Position numbers and translations under genes: made by a program. Below the pieces are notes generated by a model. It made no database searches. It was not told the origin of the DNA and saw only the letters and a list, made by a program, of their open reading frames with translations. Positions 4,443-6,906 of a stretch of 6,906 nt of DNA are shown here, one piece after another (position 1 is the stretch's first letter; every line of letters starts with the position of its first letter). Source of the DNA: a virus (Duplodnaviria; Heunggongvirae; Uroviricota; Caudoviricetes); IMG/VR virus record IMGVR_UViG_648276671_000005; one strand, 5' to 3'.

Positions 4443-6260
4443 TTAATTTTTGCTGTCGTCATTAGTGACCGATACACATGATGGCATCCAGTCTTCTGAT
4501 TCCTCCGTCAGTGTCACGTTTGAACGCAAACCGTGCTTCGTTTTCCGTTTCATATACTCCCTGCCATATTCCGCCATTGCCCCCGGCATATCTTTACCGA
4601 AGCGCGTCAGTGTTACAGGTTTACCAAACCCATGTGCCCTCATATAAGCCAGATAGGCATGATAGAGATACCTGCGTGGGCTGAATGGCACAATTTCAGC
4701 ATTACCCACTAACAGGCCATCACACATTACCGACGCCATGAGATAGCCGCAGAAGTCCACCAGCGAATCCCCCTCTCGCTTTATCGCCAGTGCTTCTTCA
4801 GATTTCTGCTGCTCATATAACAGGCGTCTGGCTTCGTCCTGGTCAGCAAACCGTGTAAGCAGATGGCGAATCACTACCGCCAGCTCACCTTCTATTTTTT
4901 CCGCCAGCATTGGATCGCGTTCGTTCTCCGGTACAACTTCCGAAAAATTGAATATCACCCGACGACGTGAGATCCCCCCGCTGCGGTCACTGAATGACAT
5001 GGCGTTATTGTTAACCGCCAGCACTACTGCCGGAATACGCGTTGAGTAGGGGGCTTTGTGTTTCGGGTCAATTGCCACCTTGTCACCGCCTGTAATAGCC
5101 TTAATCCCTGCCCCATCACCAGCGTAGCGGGTCATATCCGGCATGATAATCAGCGAAAAGCCAACCACTAACGCGCGTTCCCTTGCATCTTCCAGCGCCT
5201 TCATGCTTGCCGATACTGTGTTGGCCTTACCCGCCAGCATGGTGCAAATCTCCGCCATCACGCTTTTACCACTTCCCCCTGGACCTGTTACCTCAATGAA
5301 TAACTGCCAGTCGTACCGGTTCGCCAGCACCATGAATAATGCAGCCAGTACGCGATCCGCCTTGCGGTCATTCTCAGCCACCGAACGGCGTAACCACTTC
5401 CAGAAATTCGGCGCATGTGTTGCCAGCGTTTCCCCCTCTGCTGGTGGGCTGAAAGGTAATTCACTGGCAATTAACAACCAGTCGTTTTTGTTATGCTCCC
5501 GAAAATTACCTGTTCTGGTATCAAATACCCCGTTACTGAATCCAATCAGGTTACGGGCTGTATTCCCCATTACAGGCAAACTTAACTTCATGGTATCGAC
5601 CGCCGATTTAATGGCGTTCTGCGAATAGCTGATCTCCGCATCAATGAAAATCTGCGCCATAGCTCGCTGTAATTCTTTATCCTGTACTGGCTCCCATACA
5701 ACGCCGTTGTAATGGTGAACAGTGTCAGAGTCAGCATGAATCGCCAGTTCACCGCCATAATGTGCCAGGAGAACTTCGCCGCGTTGACTTGCTCCCATCT
5801 GGTTAAGCGCCAGTGATGAAGCGTTATCGTCTTTTACCCGCTCTTTTTTCTTTACAGGCAGTTCAACTACCTTTTTCTTTTCCGCCAGCTCTGCCCGTTC
5901 ACGTTCCAGATATTCGCGCCAGTTCTCCCGTTTCTGGCTGTGCATTCCTTCAGGATAATAATCAGCATCCCTGACACCTGCCGCTGCCAGTTTCTGCCCG
6001 ATGGTATTAACAAGCCCCGGACGCAATAACCCCGCCTGATAGAGACGCACGCGATAGCGTCCGTCCGGTACGATTTGCAGGTTGTCCAGTTCGGCAAGTT
6101 GTTGCTCTCCAAGCCAGACAGGAGGCACGTTATCGCCAGCCAGTCGCCCGTCCTGTTCCTGCCACTGCTTCGCATGTGCCCACGCATCACTACCCGCAAA
6201 AATGATGACTTCCGTCATTTTGTCACGTGGCTGGTGTTTTAAATTTGGCGCTTTTTTCAT
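4443..6260 (-). CDS. P4 alpha-like replication protein (D5-N / SF3 helicase, putative primase-helicase and origin-binding protein), 605 aa from ATG 6260
   Basis: Walker A motif GPGGSGKS (in EVTGPGGSGKSVMAEI) and Walker B-like LVVGFSLIIMPD; size and layout typical of phage/plasmid P4-family primase-helicases; iterons immediately downstream. The ORF-track start at 6275 is GTG; the ATG at 6258-6260 (MKKAPNLKHQ...) overlaps the upstream stop as ATGA and has a GGAG SD. Confidence 0.85.
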   Translation of the reverse strand: MKKAPNLKHQPRDKMTEVIIFAGSDAWAHAKQWQEQDGRLAGDNVPPVWLGEQQLAELDNLQIVPDGRYRVRLYQAGLLRPGLVNTIGQKLAAAGVRDADYYPEGMHSQKRENWREYLERERAELAEKKKVVELPVKKKERVKDDNASSLALNQMGASQRGEVLLAHYGGELAIHADSDTVHHYNGVVWEPVQDKELQRAMAQIFIDAEISYSQNAIKSAVDTMKLSLPVMGNTARNLIGFSNGVFDTRTGNFREHNKNDWLLIASELPFSPPAEGETLATHAPNFWKWLRRSVAENDRKADRVLAALFMVLANRYDWQLFIEVTGPGGSGKSVMAEICTMLAGKANTVSASMKALEDARERALVVGFSLIIMPDMTRYAGDGAGIKAITGGDKVAIDPKHKAPYSTRIPAVVLAVNNNAMSFSDRSGGISRRRVIFNFSEVVPENERDPMLAEKIEGELAVVIRHLLTRFADQDEARRLLYEQQKSEEALAIKREGDSLVDFCGYLMASVMCDGLLVGNAEIVPFSPRRYLYHAYLAYMRAHGFGKPVTLTRFGKDMPGAMAEYGREYMKRKTKHGLRSNVTLTEESEDWMPSCVSVTNDDSKN

Positions 6261-6556
6261 TTCTGCTCTCTCCACGCGGCAATCATGTTTTTCAGTTCCT
6301 GTAGTTTTTTATCCACATTCACACGTGACACATGGTTATTTCTGGAAAGCGGGATTTCCCGCCTGAATCTGCTAATAAAGATCTCCACGTTCAGCGAACT
6401 ATGAAATGAATAGCCATCACGAATAAAATACACACGGTCAAACATTATCGATTTTACTGTTACTCTGTTGCCGTTCTTATCCCGATAAATAGCGCCGGGG
6501 ATAATTTTGGGATGTGCATAACCGCTGGCAGTCAAGCCAGATAAATACGTTCTCAT
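6257..6556 (-). CDS. Hypothetical protein (99 aa), translationally coupled to the replication gene
   Basis: ORF-track ORF with ATG at 6554-6556, SD GGGGA about 9 nt upstream; stop overlaps the replication-protein ATG (ATGA). Unknown function. Confidence 0.55.
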   Translation of the reverse strand: MRTYLSGLTASGYAHPKIIPGAIYRDKNGNRVTVKSIMFDRVYFIRDGYSFHSSLNVEIFISRFRREIPLSRNNHVSRVNVDKKLQELKNMIAAWREQK

Positions 6557-6562
6557 GATTAT

Positions 6563-6906
6563 TTATCCCCGATTTGAATCAGTATTCGCTTTCTTTATGG
6601 CATTTAATGCATCTGTGGCATTTTCAATGGTGCACCGTAACGAAATATCAAAATGTCCAAGCATTGCCAGTAACAAACCGATATTACCCATATCAATGCG
6701 CATGGCCTTTTCGTCATAGTCCTCATTTTCTGACGCATGCCACATCAGGCTACCAATTGACGCAACGGCCATTGATATATTGTCAGTCGCCCCATCCGCA
6801 GCGGAATAAACCTTTTTAGCAATATCATGCTCACAGTTAAAATGCGGATTAATCAGGTACTGGTAATTTGACATATCAGGCAAGTGGCACACCCCCTGAC
6901 GAATAC
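6563..6906 (-). CDS. Hypothetical protein, probably 5'-partial (frame open to the window edge)
   Basis: ORF-track ORF 6563..6892 begins at a GTG; the same frame has no stop through 6906, so the true start may lie beyond the window or at the internal ATG 6872-6874. Unknown function. Confidence 0.4.
   Translation of the reverse strand, partial: IRQGVCHLPDMSNYQYLINPHFNCEHDIAKKVYSAADGATDNISMAVASIGSLMWHASENEDYDEKAMRIDMGNIGLLLAMLGHFDISLRCTIENATDALNAIKKANTDSNRG

Overview
The window reads as one co-directional (minus-strand) block of a mobile, phage-related element, most likely a helper-dependent satellite or a degenerate mosaic prophage. All homology calls are from reading the ORF translations against remembered phage lambda, E. 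coli SSB and P4 sequences; no search was run. From high to low coordinates: two small unknown ORFs, then a P4 alpha-like replication protein (SF3/D5-type helicase, Walker A GPGGSGKS), followed directly by an array of nine GGTGAACAG/CTGTTCACC iterons (putative ori). Next come an 81-aa ORF coupled to an SSB gene (C-terminal ...DNIPF), back-to-back terminators, and a promoter-like region carrying a 32-bp perfect palindrome. The capsid block follows: a small coupled ORF, a lambda gpE-like major capsid protein, a lambda gpD-like decoration protein, a 137-aa unknown and a terminator. A sequence near-identical to the lambda cosN core (GGGCGGCGACCT) sits just upstream of a lambda Nu1-like small terminase gene that is split by a frameshift at a G5/C5 run. 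At the left edge a perfect (GGTCAT)9 repeat encodes (Met-Thr)9 at the start of a gene running out of the window. The most notable point is the combination of P4-type replication, lambda-type cos and terS, and a stand-alone E/D capsid pair with no portal, protease or large terminase in the window.
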